From Selaginella moellendorffii (taxonomy: Eukaryota > Plantae > Lycopodiophyta), in assembly GCF_000143415.4 (NCBI RefSeq), contig NW_003314295.1, forward strand, positions 569,764 through 633,763: a DNA stretch of 64,000 bases, written 5' to 3'. Positions 38,392-51,135 of the stretch are shown piece by piece. The notes beneath the pieces were generated by a model. That model did not search any database, was not told the DNA's origin, and saw only the letters and a list, made by a program, of their open reading frames with translations. Made by a program: the position numbers and the translations under genes. Positions within the stretch are counted from its first letter, which is position 1, and each line of letters opens with the position of its first letter.

Positions 38392-40923
38392 CTAACAGCG
38401 GCAAATATCGGACAAAAGGATGTATGGAGCTGACTTTGAAGGATCTATAGATTTCGCAACTTGTGCTCCACGACCAAAATCCCTGTGAAGTTTACACGAG
38501 CTCAAGAATGACCCAAAATCAATGCTCTCAGGAAGAACAGGCATAGATTTCAGGAGCTCCTCTGCCTGCCCAAGATGCCCAGCTCTCCCCAGCGCATCAA
38601 TTGTGGTACAATAGTGCTCCCTGCCTGGAGAGATGCTAAAGTCGCAAATCATTCTTGAAAAGAACAGTCGTCCAGTCTCGACCTGACCTGACTGGCTCCA
38701 GATCGAGAGAAGGGTCGTGAAAGCTACCTCGCTTGCGGTATGTCCTTCCACTTGCATCGAATGAAAGAGGTAAATGGCCTCCACACTGTGATGCCCAGTT
38801 TGGGCATATGCAGCAAGCATAGCGTTCCATGACACGCCATTCCTTTCGGGCAAAGCATCGAACATTTTCTTTGCTAGAGACGTAAGACCATTGTTTGAAA
38901 ATCCTGCAAGCATGGCATTCCACGTAATGGCATCTTTCGCGGGCGTAAGAAAAAACATGCGTTGCGCTTCTAAGAGATGCCCGTTTTGGGCATACGCCGT
39001 GATCATAGAGTTCCACGCCACGAGATTCTTTTCGGGAATGGACTCGAAGAGGAACCGCGCCTCCTCAAGCTGGGAGCTCTGGGAGAGGCTGGCAATGGTG
39101 GCATTGCACGAAACAAGGTCTCGCATTGGCATCTCGTCAAAGATGGCCTTGGCAAGGGATGGATTCCCGGCGTGGAGGTGGCCGACGATCATCGTCGTCC
39201 AGGACGACGCATCCCTGGCGACGATCGAGTGGAAGATCTGCGTGGCCTCGTCCATGCGCCCGGATTGAGCGTACGAGTACATGAGCGTGTTCCAAGACAC
39301 CACATTGGTCTCCTTGAGCCGCTGAAAGAGATCCACCACCTTATCCAATTGCCCTCTCTGGGAGTAGGCCGCGAGCATCGTGTTCCAGGACACGATATCG
39401 CGCTTCTCCATGCAATCAAACATCTCTCTCGCGGCGTCCAGATCGCCGCTATCGATGATCGCCTCTAGCATCACTGTGGAGGAGATCACGTCAACCTCCG
39501 GGACGGAATCGTAGAGCTGCCTGGCCTGATCGAGGTGGCCCTCTCGCGCGAGCGCTGGGATCATTGCATTGACCGCCACCGCGTTGTGTAAAGGCATGGA
39601 ATCGAAGATCGCGGCGGCGTCGCTGAGGCGGCCGTGATCTGCGTAGGCCTGGATCATCGCCGTGCATGGAACGATCCCGTGCTCCGGGATGGCAAGGAAG
39701 AGCTCTCTCGCGCGATCCAGATCGCCGTGCTGGGAATTCGCGGAGAGGAGGATGATCCAAGAGACGATGTCCCGCGAGGGCATTTGATGGAAGATCTGGT
39801 GAGCGTGGAGCAGCCTCCCACTTATCGCGTTTGCCTGAAGAACAGAGTTCCAAGAAACGATGTCCCACGCGGGCATCTGATCGAAGAGGCTGTTCGCCTC
39901 CACGAATTCCCCGTTCTGGCCGTATGCCGCGATGAGAGCGTTCCAGGAGATCACGCTCCACTGCGGCATGCGATCAAACATGAGCCTCATCTCTCGAAAG
40001 TCGCCCGCTTTCACGTAGCCATGGATCATTGCGTTCCAGGCTATGATGCTTTCCTCCGGCATAGCATCAAAGAGGGCCTTTGCGCTATCCACATCCCCTG
40101 CCTGACAGTACGCGCTCACCATCGCCGTCCACGACACTGCATCGCGCATTGGCATCGTATCGAACATCGACTTTGCCTGCTCCAGATCTCCAACGCTGGC
40201 ATTTGCTTGGATCAAGATGTTCCAAGAGAGAACACCGCGCTCGCTCATTCTAGAGAACAATTCTCTTGCCTCTTCAATCTTTCCATTTTCTACGAATCCT
40301 TGCAGCATAGCGTTCCAGCTGACCATGTTTCTTTGAGGCATACGGCTAAATACTTCTTTTGCTTGATCCAAATGCCCTATCCCGGCAAATGCTGAAAGCA
40401 TTGCGGTCCAAGAAACCACGTCCCTTTGAGGCATTGATCTGAACACATGACCAGCCTCTTCCACCATGTTGTTTGCAATATAGAGCTGAATAAGTGTGTT
40501 CCACGACGCAGTGTCTCTCCTAGGCATGTTGTCAAAGAGTGTTCTTGCCTCCTGTACGTACCCCTTTGTGGCATATGCTTGCATTAGCGTTGTCCATGCT
40601 ACAAGATCTTTGTGAGGGTTTATGTCGAAGAATTGCTTGGCTTGATCGAGAAGACCATTGCGGGTGTATGCATTGAGCATGATGTTCCATGAAAAGAGAT
40701 TAGGAGTGTCTATGCTGTCAAAAACTTTGCGAGCATCATCTACTGCCCCGCAACTCCCATACATTTGGATGACTTGGTTGAGCAGGAACAAGTTGGAACG
40801 GTGCGCACTCTTCAGGATTGATTTGTGGGCGAATCTACCTTGGATAATATCTCTTGACTGGGTGTGGAGCTTGATCTGTGCAGCTAAATTATTCTGCTCT
40901 TCAAAAGCTCTATCATTCAACAT
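38392..40923 (-). CDS. PLS-class PPR protein with a long S-motif array and E domain
   Basis: 843-aa intronless ORF with about 20 31-aa repeats; HYCTTIDALGRAG, SFLSSCKLH, APYILLS. Confidence 0.93.
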   Translation of the reverse strand: MLNDRAFEEQNNLAAQIKLHTQSRDIIQGRFAHKSILKSAHRSNLFLLNQVIQMYGSCGAVDDARKVFDSIDTPNLFSWNIMLNAYTRNGLLDQAKQFFDINPHKDLVAWTTLMQAYATKGYVQEARTLFDNMPRRDTASWNTLIQLYIANNMVEEAGHVFRSMPQRDVVSWTAMLSAFAGIGHLDQAKEVFSRMPQRNMVSWNAMLQGFVENGKIEEARELFSRMSERGVLSWNILIQANASVGDLEQAKSMFDTMPMRDAVSWTAMVSAYCQAGDVDSAKALFDAMPEESIIAWNAMIHGYVKAGDFREMRLMFDRMPQWSVISWNALIAAYGQNGEFVEANSLFDQMPAWDIVSWNSVLQANAISGRLLHAHQIFHQMPSRDIVSWIILLSANSQHGDLDRARELFLAIPEHGIVPCTAMIQAYADHGRLSDAAAIFDSMPLHNAVAVNAMIPALAREGHLDQARQLYDSVPEVDVISSTVMLEAIIDSGDLDAAREMFDCMEKRDIVSWNTMLAAYSQRGQLDKVVDLFQRLKETNVVSWNTLMYSYAQSGRMDEATQIFHSIVARDASSWTTMIVGHLHAGNPSLAKAIFDEMPMRDLVSCNATIASLSQSSQLEEARFLFESIPEKNLVAWNSMITAYAQNGHLLEAQRMFFLTPAKDAITWNAMLAGFSNNGLTSLAKKMFDALPERNGVSWNAMLAAYAQTGHHSVEAIYLFHSMQVEGHTASEVAFTTLLSIWSQSGQVETGRLFFSRMICDFSISPGREHYCTTIDALGRAGHLGQAEELLKSMPVLPESIDFGSFLSSCKLHRDFGRGAQVAKSIDPSKSAPYILLSDICRC

Positions 40924-41988
40924 GAGAGTCCTGGCAAATTGATCTTATGAGCTGCTTGAAGAAACAAAAAATAAGCGTGTTCTTCCTACTGCTTTAAGTT
41001 CTTAATACAAATGCACTCAAATATTTTAATATATTAATTTAATTGATGTAATTGTATATTTAAAGGCTAACATAAGATAAGTCTAGCAGTAATATATTAA
41101 CATAAATTTTAATACTATACATTTAATTTATTATACTTTTGGTAATAAACTTCAGTAAATAGAAAGTCTAAATATTTACTTTTTAAATTATTTTTTAATC
41201 ATATAATTTATATTAGATAAAAATTCATAAATTTCTATATAAGCAAAACAATATGAATAATTTCTATATGAGCATGTTTTCTGTGTCTATATATTATATT
41301 ACTACTTGTGTGCGGATGCTTATGAATGCTCATAAATTCATAATGCAATTAAAAGTAATCTATGATTTTTTTCTATTTTTATATGCATTAAGTGTAAAGT
41401 CAAGGTTTGTTCTTTTTATTTATAATTAAATTTTAGGTTCTCATGAGTTATATCAAAAGTAACATATGTAGATATTTTAGATTTTCATTTTTTTATGAGC
41501 AAACAAATATAAATATTTTAAATTTTCAGTAAATCATACTAAGAAGGAATATTTTTCAGACTCTAAGAACTTTATTATATTATAATTTTTAAAAATAAAC
41601 TATTTTAATTTTGAAACATAAATTCTTAAAAATATTCATAATAAATATATATAAATAAATAAATATTATTTTTATAAAAAAAATATTCATTACATGTTCT
41701 AGTATTGATTATATGATATGATATGATATGATTCAAATGATAAATATGATTAAAAGTGACTACTTTAATTTCCAAAAGTTTTGCTATTTGACTTCATCAC
41801 ATATGAAATACTCTTTCAAATATTTTGAAAACAAAATACTTTAAACCATGATAAAATATTTTTAGAGTATTTTTTTTAAGTTTGAATGGCTTTTATTATG
41901 TAATGTAGTACAATCTATATCTTTTTTATTTTGATGATATTTACAATTACTAAGAAAGTTTAGATGGAAATCATATTTTTTGAAAAAA

Positions 41989-44900
41989 CTAAGTTTTTCT
42001 TAAAGAGTTAATAAGTAAAGTATAAAAAGATGAAAATTTACATTTTTGCAAATCCATTTTAGATAAGATCTCTTTGTAACTACAGGCATGCATTGATAAC
42101 AATGATTGTGATGAAACCAGATTTGATATAGAAGGCATTGCAGCCATAAACTCCTCAGCATTTCGCAATTGTCCAGCCCTTGCTAAGACATCTATAAGTG
42201 CATTATAATGTTCCTTTAGAGAGCATATATGGTAGTCAAAGACCATTGTGTTGAANNNNNNNNNNNNNNNNNNNNNNNNNNNNNNNNNNNNNNNNNNNNN
42301 NNNNNNNNNNNNNNNNNNNNNNNNNNNNNNNNNNNNNNNNNNNNNNNNNNNNNNNNNNNNNNNNNNNNNNNNNNNNNNNNNNNNNNNNNNNNNNNNNNNN
42401 NNNNNNNNNNNNNNNNNNNNNNNNNNNNNNNNNNNNNNNNNNNNNNNNNNNNNNNNNNNNNNNNNNNNNNNNNNNNNNNNNNNNNNNNNNNNNNNNNNNN
42501 NNNNNNNNNNNNNNNNNNNNNNNNNNNNNNNNNNNNNNNNNNNNNNNNNNNNNNNNNNNNNNNNNNNNNNNNNNNNNNNNNNNNNNNNNNNNNNNNNNNN
42601 NNNNNNNNNNNNNNNNNNNNNNNNNNNNNNNNNNNNNNNNNNNNNNNNNNNNNNNNNNNNNNNNNNNNNNNNNNNNNNNNNNNNNNNNNNNNNNNNNNNN
42701 NNNNNNNNNNNNNNNNNNNNNNNNNNNNNNNNNNNNNNNNNNNNNNNNNNNNNNNNNNNNNNNNNNNNNNNNNNNNNNNNNNNNNNNNNNNNNNNNNNNN
42801 NNNNNNNNNNNNNNNNNNNNNNNNNNNNNNNNNNNNNNNNNNNNNNNNNNNNNNNNNNNNNNNNNNNNNNNNNNNNNNNNNNNNNNNNNNNNNNNNNNNN
42901 NNNNNNNNNNNNNNNNNNNNNNNNNNNNNNNNNNNNNNNNNNNNNNNNNNNNNNNNNNNNNNNNNNNNNNNNNNNNNNNNNNNNNNNNNNNNNNNNNNNN
43001 NNNNNNNNNNNNNNNNNNNNNNNNNNNNNNNNNNNNNNNNNNNNNNNNNNNNNNNNNNNNNNNNNNNNNNNNNNNNNNNNNNNNNNNNNNNNNNNNNNNN
43101 NNNNNNNNNNNNNNNNNNNNNNNNNNNNNNNNNNNNNNNNNNNNNNNNNNNNNNNNNNAGCTCTAAAGCTCTCGAGTGATTCCCAGAGCGTACATTGGCT
43201 GCTAGGAGAGTATTCCATGAAGTAGCGTTGATCTCTGGCATCTTGTCAAAGAAAAGCTTTGTTGCATCAATTCTGCTACCTTGGCTGTAGACCGTCAAGA
43301 TATGATTCCAAGATACCACATCTCGATTTGGCATGTCCAGAGAAAACAGTAGAGCTTCGTGTATTTGAGTTATTAGAGACAAAGCAAGGTTCCATGTTGT
43401 GAGAGTCTTCTCTGGCATGCTTTGGAACACATTAATAGCTGCTTCTACGTCACCCTTGAGCCCAAATGCGGTGATCATGGCGTTGCAAGACACTGCGTCT
43501 CTTTCAGGCAAACAATCAAATACTTCTTTTGATTTTTCTATATAGTCATTCTGAGCATATGCTGTGAGCATGGCAGTCGAGATGACAAGATCTTTATTTG
43601 GAATTTGATGGTACAAGTTCTTAGCTAGATCAATCTGGCCGCTCTTTGCAAACATGTTGATTACTAGATTGCATGAGGCTGGGTCATGATCGGGCATTCT
43701 TTGCTCGAAGATAAACTTTGCTTGGTTAAATTGTTCCTTTTTTATATAGGCTGCTAAAAGCGCAGTCCAAGCAACGAGATTGTGCTCTGGCATTGAATCA
43801 AAGAACACCTTTGCCTCACTATCGAGGTTTCCAAAATCCAGAAGAATTTGGAACATTGTAGTGTAGCTCGTAATATCTCGACAGATCATTTCCGAGAAGA
43901 GCGTTTTCGCTTGCTGGAGATGCCCACTTCGGGCATACCCCGAGAGCATCGCATTGCACGAAGCGGTGTCTCGCTCGGGCATAAGATCGAATAAGCTCAT
44001 GGCGCACTCCAGGCGGTCGCAGTCGATGTGGATTAGGATCATCGCCCTCCACGACGCTATATTCGTCATTGGCATGCTCCGGAAGAATGCTTCATGGCGA
44101 TGGAGCTCCGCGGCACTGCGTAGAGCCACATTCCATGCAAAGACGTCGCGAGTCCCCGGCATCGCGTGAAACATCTCGAGCGATTTCTCGACTGCGCCGT
44201 TCTGAGCGTACGCTTGGATCATCACACTCCACGAGACGACGGTCTTGTGGATCGTCTCGAGGAAGAACACGCGCTCGGCCTTTGCGATCTCGCCGGACTG
44301 CCCGAAACCCACGATCATAGAGTTGCAAGAGAGGACGTCGCGCTCGGGAATTCGCAAGAACAGGGCCTCCCCCGCGTCCATCTGTCCGTTGCTAGCAAAC
44401 GCCTGGATCATCGCGTTCCAGGACGCAAGCGATCGGGAGCGCATTCGATTAAAGATCGCTGCTGCCTCCGCAAGATCGCCCACCTGGGCATAGGCCGAGA
44501 TCATAGAGTTCCCAGAGATCGCGTCGTGCGCAGGCATTCGCTGGAAGATGTCCTCCGCAGCGCGGATATGCCCTTGTTGGGCATATGCCTGGATCATTGT
44601 GTTCCACGACACGGCGTTTCTCTCTGGCATTGTATCAAACACGGACTTTGCTTGATCAAGATCTTCACCGTCAGCGTACGCTTGGATCATCGTATTCCAT
44701 GACACTACGTTCTTCACAGGCATGGATTTAAAGAACTCTTCCACCTCCACAAAATGCCCAATTGTGGCATACAGTGTGAGCATCGTGTTCCAGGATACCA
44801 CATCTCGATTGGGCATTTTCGCAAAGATTTCTTTGGCTCGATCCACGTTTCTTTCAAGAGCGTAGATCTTGAGCATTGCAGTCCATGAGACAACGTCCGG

Positions 44901-45221
44901 ATCAGGCATCATCGCGAAGATCCTCTTTGCACCGTCAAGATGCCCGTTCTGGGAATACGCGACGAGCATCAGGTTCCAGGAGAATTGATTCGGCCGCGCG
45001 ATCGTGTCGAATGCCGCTCGCGCTTCCTCCAGGCATCCGCACCGGCCGTATGCCTGCACGATGAGGTTGGCCAGGTACCGGCTCTGGCAGTGCCGATTGC
45101 TGCTGGCGATGAGCTTGTGGAGATTTCTCGCGGCAGCGGCATCCGCGCAGCATTTGAGGCGCTCGGCGAGATCGTCTTCTTCGCATCGCGCTCTGGATCG
45201 ATCGAGAAGAGGCGCTTGCAT
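41989..45221 (-). CDS. PLS-class PPR protein spanning a 903-N gap; degenerate E domain
   Basis: NLIVQAYGRCG and S repeats to 43159; after the gap HYNALIDVLARAGQL...FYTLL. Continuity across the gap is inferred. Confidence 0.82.
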
Positions 45222-45246
45222 GGTAGTAGCTAGGGTTTATCGCGGA

Positions 45247-47570
45247 ATGGGGGAAATATTGCGCTGTGGTTTTCGGTGCGCCTTGTCTTGCGATGATCGC
45301 CGCTCACATTGTGTCCTCTTCCAGGATGCCCGTCAAGGATTTGCCCGTCGCGCATTGCGAGAGCCAGCGAGATTTCAAGAATGCCAGCGCTGTGTTCCAC
45401 AAGAAAATGGAGGTTGCGGGAGTGAGCTGCCGCGATCGCGTCGGTAAGCCCTAGCTCACACTGGCTTTTCTCATCAAAAGATTTCGCGCAGCCATTGCAG
45501 TTTCGGGAGGAGCTGATAGCATGGCCTTGTGCTTGCTCGCCCTCGAGTGGACAGAATCCAAAAGTCTGGTGTTTGGCCTCACGGTGGACCATGGATTTCG
45601 TCGCGAGAGCGCCGAGGAAGTCGTCCAAGTCCGGGAGTGGCTAAGAACTCTTGGTACGCAAAACTTTGCTTCTACTCCCTGCAATGTTTCTAAAATTTCT
45701 TTGCAAAACAAGGAATGGAGTGCGAGATTCTCAAGTGTTCTTGGCAAGGAGGATTTCCTTCTCCTGGCCATCTCCAGGAAAGCGCTCGCAAAGCAAGGTA
45801 AGCTATGAAGGTTCTGGCCAGAGTTGACGTGGTGGACTTTTGAGTCAGATACGAACTTCTCCAAGAGGCATGCCAAAGAAACGGTGCTGGAGTTCTTCTT
45901 ACTGCTCACCATGCCGATGATCAGGTATTTTTCTTGTGTCTACAAATGCCAAACGCAAACTCGCTGTCTGTTTTCTAGGCGGAGTTATTTGCGCTAAGGC
46001 TTTCACGCTGTAGTGGAGATAATGGTCTGGCTTGTATGGCTTTAGCTTCTGAGCTCTTTCCTATCATGCCATCGATTATCGAGGCTAGCAGGCTGCTACT
46101 TGTCAGGCCACTCTTGGACCTCCAAAAGAAGGATCTTTACAATGTAAGTGTCTTCTTTTACTTGTAAGTGGTTTTATACTGCCCGAATTCAGGTCTGTCA
46201 CGTTGCTGACCAGTCCTGGATTGAGGATCCCACGAACTGCAAAACGATCTATGCTCGTAACAAAATCCGAAAGGAGCTCGTTTCTCTGTCAGGTTCTGGA
46301 GGTCCTGTTCTTTATTGCGATACGGATGTAATGACCATTATCTTGCAGATTCAATGCGGAGCGAAGTTCAAGATCTTATTGCTACATACCGCAAAAAACG
46401 TTCCGAGATTCATGTGCAAACTAAGATGCTCATGACTACATTCGTGCACATCGATCTGGTTTGTCTGCTCTTTCTCACGGTATTCCTGTGACGCTTTTGC
46501 CAGGACTATGGCTATGCTGTCGTCGATGCGGAGGGACTTTTGGCAGAAACCAATGATACAACCGTTCTTGAAACGCTACTGGCTTCAGTGTTACGGGTTC
46601 GCTCGTTATTACACTCTGTTTTCCTGACAGACTTTCTTGTTGTTTTTATGCACTTAATAGTTCGTTTCACAAAGACCAAAACCTGCTAAAGGGACGGCTG
46701 TTAGAGGAGCCAGAGCCTGGATTACCAAGCGTGGTACCGAGGTATTTATCGTGGTCTGTATAATATCACTTCATAAATACTTTTTTTGCAGGGTCGTCTG
46801 ACGGTAGCTGGTTGTTCTTTATGTTTACAACCAGGGACACAGACCTCCAAGGTCCTTGTGACGTACTCCCCTGATTCTCCACGACCTGGTTCTATCGGCT
46901 CGAGACAACAGAACGAGCCTGCTTCCTCGACAAAGAAAGAATCTATCGCATGCCGGAAATATGCCAATGTTATTCATGACGCGAGGCAAGCGAAGATTAT
47001 ATCAGATGCTACAGCAAGTTTTCTATGTCTACTGGCGGAGGAAATGGCAGCTGACATGTTGCCCAAGGCTCGAGAGGAAGTGCAAGAGGATTCGGAGGTA
47101 GCTAGTCAACAACCCGACGAGAGTGTACTGTTTCCGAACGAGAACACGTACTATATGAAGAGATATCTTATATCGTGGTGGCAACGAAGCGATGATCGTA
47201 GCTGCAAAGGCTGTTTCAATGGCACCTGTTCGCTGAGGACTGCAAAGTTTGCAAAAATTCGGCATCTCAACAGAAACGATCTTCTCGAAGTCCGACAACG
47301 TGCTCTAAATGACGGGACATTGCGCACTGACATACACGACGGCTGGAGGAAGCTCAAGTCCCTTCCGGAATACGTTCGCAGGGGCCTTCCCGTTTTGATC
47401 ACGAAGGACAACGAGCTTTTCGCAGTTCCGGTACGAGCTAGTTCTTACAGTTCTTGCCATCTTAATCTGTATGTTTTTAGTGTGTTGGCTTTCAGATCTG
47501 TCCCGACACTAGGATGTTCATAAAATTCTGCCCGATGGTTCCACTTGATGGAGGCCACGCGTTGTGGTAA
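45247..47570 (+). CDS. RSY3: tRNA(Ile)-lysidine synthase TilS / RASPBERRY3-like (multi-exon)
   Basis: PP-loop AVSGGADS, TVDHGFR, ARKARY, TAHHADDQAE, VRPLL, WIEDPTN..YARN. The first exon is inferred. Confidence 0.88.
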
Positions 47571-47747
47571 TGCCTTTACGAAGCAGCGGTAATCAGGACA
47601 TTGAAATGCTTTGAAAGGCTCACCGGCCGTTCATTTTTCCAGCCTTGTGGACGTCGTCAGAAACTGTCTCCATTCAAATACATCACGTGCCTGGCATTGG
47701 TTTTCATTTGAAGCAGTATCAAGCTGCAAGATTCATCACCCGCAGCT

Positions 47748-50137
47748 ATGAGCAACACTGATCCGTATTATGGTGCACCGGGCAGTCCGTTGGATCTCAT
47801 CCCGGAAGCTCCTTGGGCCTTGCCACGGAGAAGTGATGCTAGTGTTTGCCAGTTTGTCACTGGTAGCAGCGGTGCCAGTCCAACTCCGTCTCACTGCAGC
47901 TGCCGAATTTGCAAGCACTACAAGAGTCAAGTGCACTGCGTACCATGGTTTACCTACAAGGTGCTCTCTCATTTCTTTTCCTTTTTTTTTTCCTCTTTTA
48001 GTTGATACTGATCTTTCAAATTACTAGTACCGGAAGCACCATGCTGCCTTAGACGAAGAAAACCTGTTTATCAAGTCCCTTGACATGATTAAATATGAGC
48101 ACTCATGGTACAAACTTCAAGTAACAGGCCAGTCACCGATATGTCGGTCCAAGGTGTGATTTTTCTATCTTGTGCTGTTGCTTAGTTTTTCTGGCGTATT
48201 TTCTGTAGCATGCGGCAATCATGGTGGGTCGAAGAATGTTCGTTGTGGGTGGCATTTTCTCGAGGGGCTTGTTAAACGACGTCCAGGTACCAATCAAGTG
48301 TTTCTATTGCTCAAATTAATCCTCTACTTACCAGGAACTAAATACGGTTACGGGTGAATGGAGGGAATGGAGTTTATGGGTTCCGGAACTGGGCTATCCT
48401 GGCCCTCATTGTGCCGGCCATAGCTTGGTAGTGTCAGTCTCGAACTATACCTTTTGTTTTTACGAGCATTTTTTGCAGGTGTTCTGGGAGAAGAAGCTGC
48501 TTGTTCTTGGAGGCCATGTAGAACCGATGAAGAAGATCTTGGAAGGTTTGCTAGCAGGAGTTCTATAAACAATTTAACCAAGCGCTCAAACCTGCAGTCA
48601 TTGCTTTTGAATTGGAAACACGTAAATGGACAAAGCTTGACGTGGATGGAGAAATACCGGTATGTGCTCCTTAAAATTGTCCAGAATGACTAACTGGTTT
48701 ATTACCTTGCAGATGGCTCGCATCGGCCACAGCATCGTTCATGTTGGTTCCATGCTGATTATGTTTGGTGGCGAGGATGCCAGAGGCCAGCTGAGAAATG
48801 ATATTCAAATCTTGGATCTCAAAACGTTTTCATGGCTTCCTTGCAGCACCATGTACAGCTTTCCATTGTCTCTTCTTACCACTCACTGACTCTTGTGGTT
48901 CCTTGATGCAGCGGCTCAAAGCCTTGTCCAAGGAAATGTCATACTGCTGCATGCTACGCCGGGCGTTACCTGTGGATTTTTGGTGGAAAATCAAGAACTT
49001 CTTATCTTAGCGATGTGCATTGCCTAGATCTACGTGCGGTAAGTCCGTTGTCCTGTTTCTTCATGCTCTGATCTTCAAAATCTATAGATGGAATGGGTTG
49101 CAACGAAGCCAAGAGGCAACGTCGTTCCTCGTGCTGGCCATGCGAGTGTAATTGTTGGCCACAGGTGGTACATTGTAGGAGGAGAATACAGCGATAAAGG
49201 TAAATGCAGATTTTTCTTGGCAAATCACGTCTAGACTTTGGCCTTTGCAGAAATTATTGGAACTCTCGTGTTCGATTTGCCGACCCAAACGTGGGCTGTA
49301 ATTACGACTGTTTCACCAAACTCGCCCTTGGCAAACGATGTACGATATATTTTCTAGTTTTGCAAGCTTGACTCTGGATTGTCAGGGAATTAGCATTGTG
49401 AGCGCTCAGCATCGCGGACGGAACTTTCTAATAACTTATGGTGGACACGGCTTTCGGCACAGCAATCTGGTAACTTCCAAGTCTTGAAACTTTCTCATGG
49501 TGTTTACTTAATCAATTAAATCAACAGGTGTACGTGATGATGCTGCCACAATACTTCCAGCTCCAAACAGGTTTTAAGATTGAAAAGGCATCTCGACTAC
49601 GCACCTTTTGGAGCCGCTTGATCAGCGGTAAAGCCCCGCAGAGAAAGATTCGCCACCCAGAAAGGAACTCGTCCCGTCCAGCTTCAGCTGTCGTAAGTTT
49701 TTCTTTTCTCTCTTTCTTTTCGCACCTCAATAACTTCTCTGCTATTACAGGAAACTGTCACTAACGTTGTTCAGCCTCCACAAACGGGGGAAGCCATGCA
49801 ACGACCACAGCAACAACAGCGTCCTTTTCTTCCAAGTGACCTCAAAGTTGAGTTCGTCAACAAGCCAGTGCCGACATCAGCAAGGCATTCCTGCGCGTCG
49901 GAGATCGAGGTCAACAACCAAGAAATGATAGAATCGCTGATGAAGGACAAACAAAAGATTGAGAACAAGCTGGAGGCTGCTCTGGAGCAGATTAGCAAAC
50001 TGACGCAGGATTTCGTCGCTCTCCAGAACAAGAACCTTGGAGATGGAGCATCAGATCACACTGCAAAGGAGGACCAGCAGCAGCAGCGAGACGATATACC
50101 AGAGCCGGAAGAGAAGCAGATAGTCGTCACCATATAA
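47748..50137 (+). CDS. Kelch-repeat protein, ACBP4/5-like without the ACB domain; C-terminal coiled coil
   Basis: MFVVGG, CAGHSL, ARIGHS..MFGGED, LWIFGG, PRAGHA..WYIVGG; heptad-like KIENKLEAALEQISKL. Confidence 0.85.
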
Positions 50138-50159
50138 GCTTTCGACCAACTGGTACGTT

Positions 50160-50894
50160 TCAAGTTACTGTTATCCGTGCGTACATTTCAGCAAGGCACT
50201 CACTCGGGAGCGCCAGAAACGCATCGAGGAACCCATCGCTAACTTTGTCGATGACTGCAGTGCCTACGAGCTTGCAGCTCCCGTTCTCATCCATGGCGAT
50301 TCCCTGGCCGCTCCTGTGCTTCCCACTGGAACTTCCCGTCGTGAGGAGCGTATCCACGACAAGAGCTGGAGCTCTATACACTGGACCTGCGGTGAAGAAA
50401 AACTCCGCGATGAATCTAAGCTCCACCTACAAGGGAGAAGTAACCAGCAAGTTCATTAGATAAAGAAGAGAGGGGCTACTCTCTTTTTTCTTTACCTTTC
50501 CTGAGTGTCGATCAATCACTCCTTCCAGAGCTTGCGGCTTGATCTCTATACGTAGCGGAGGTGGAAGTGGAAGTCCCAGCAACTTGGTGGTGGAGAAACT
50601 CAGAGCTGGAATGGAAACGGAGCTTGGGTCGAACCGCACAGCCAATCTTCCCCGCTCCAAATCTTCCACCGAGCACGCGCTACCTCCTCCACCATCGGCG
50701 TTGTAAGCGAAATCTGGATACCAGGCAATCCCAAGCTTGCATCCACTGAGAGTTTCCAGCTTCACGGATTTGGCTGCGCTGCTCGCCGGGGATAGCCGCG
50801 CCGGAGAAGAAACACTGGCACCATCCGAGAGGCTCGACCGAGCTCGCAACGCCCGAAAGGATGCTGTGCTCGCGGACAGGCATAGCGTGGTCAT
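50160..50894 (-). CDS. Conserved uncharacterised plastid-targeted protein (2 exons)
   Basis: Ser/Ala/Arg-rich transit-like N-terminus; KLGIAWYPDFAYNADGG, TKLLGLPLPP, FLALPSECLA. Confidence 0.75.
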
Positions 50895-51135
50895 CGACCA
50901 CAAAAATTGAAGAGACAAAAAAAAGTGTATAAAGGAAAAATATTTCATGAACTTTGGTGATATGGTTTCTCTAGCTTGCGATATGAAACACACGCGAGGC
51001 TTGCAAATCTTCGAAAGAATGAAGTCCTCGCCAACCACGAAGTCCACAAAAAAAATTTAAGTTACCTCCAGCAAAAATTCGACAATGGTACACACTGACA
51101 AGAACTTTACATTCTCCGCGGCCCAAATAAGATTT

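Noticed and set aside
42229-43225. ORFs made mostly of X (also 5654-5878, 6835-7465, 54701-55312)
   Set aside because: Artefacts of N gaps.
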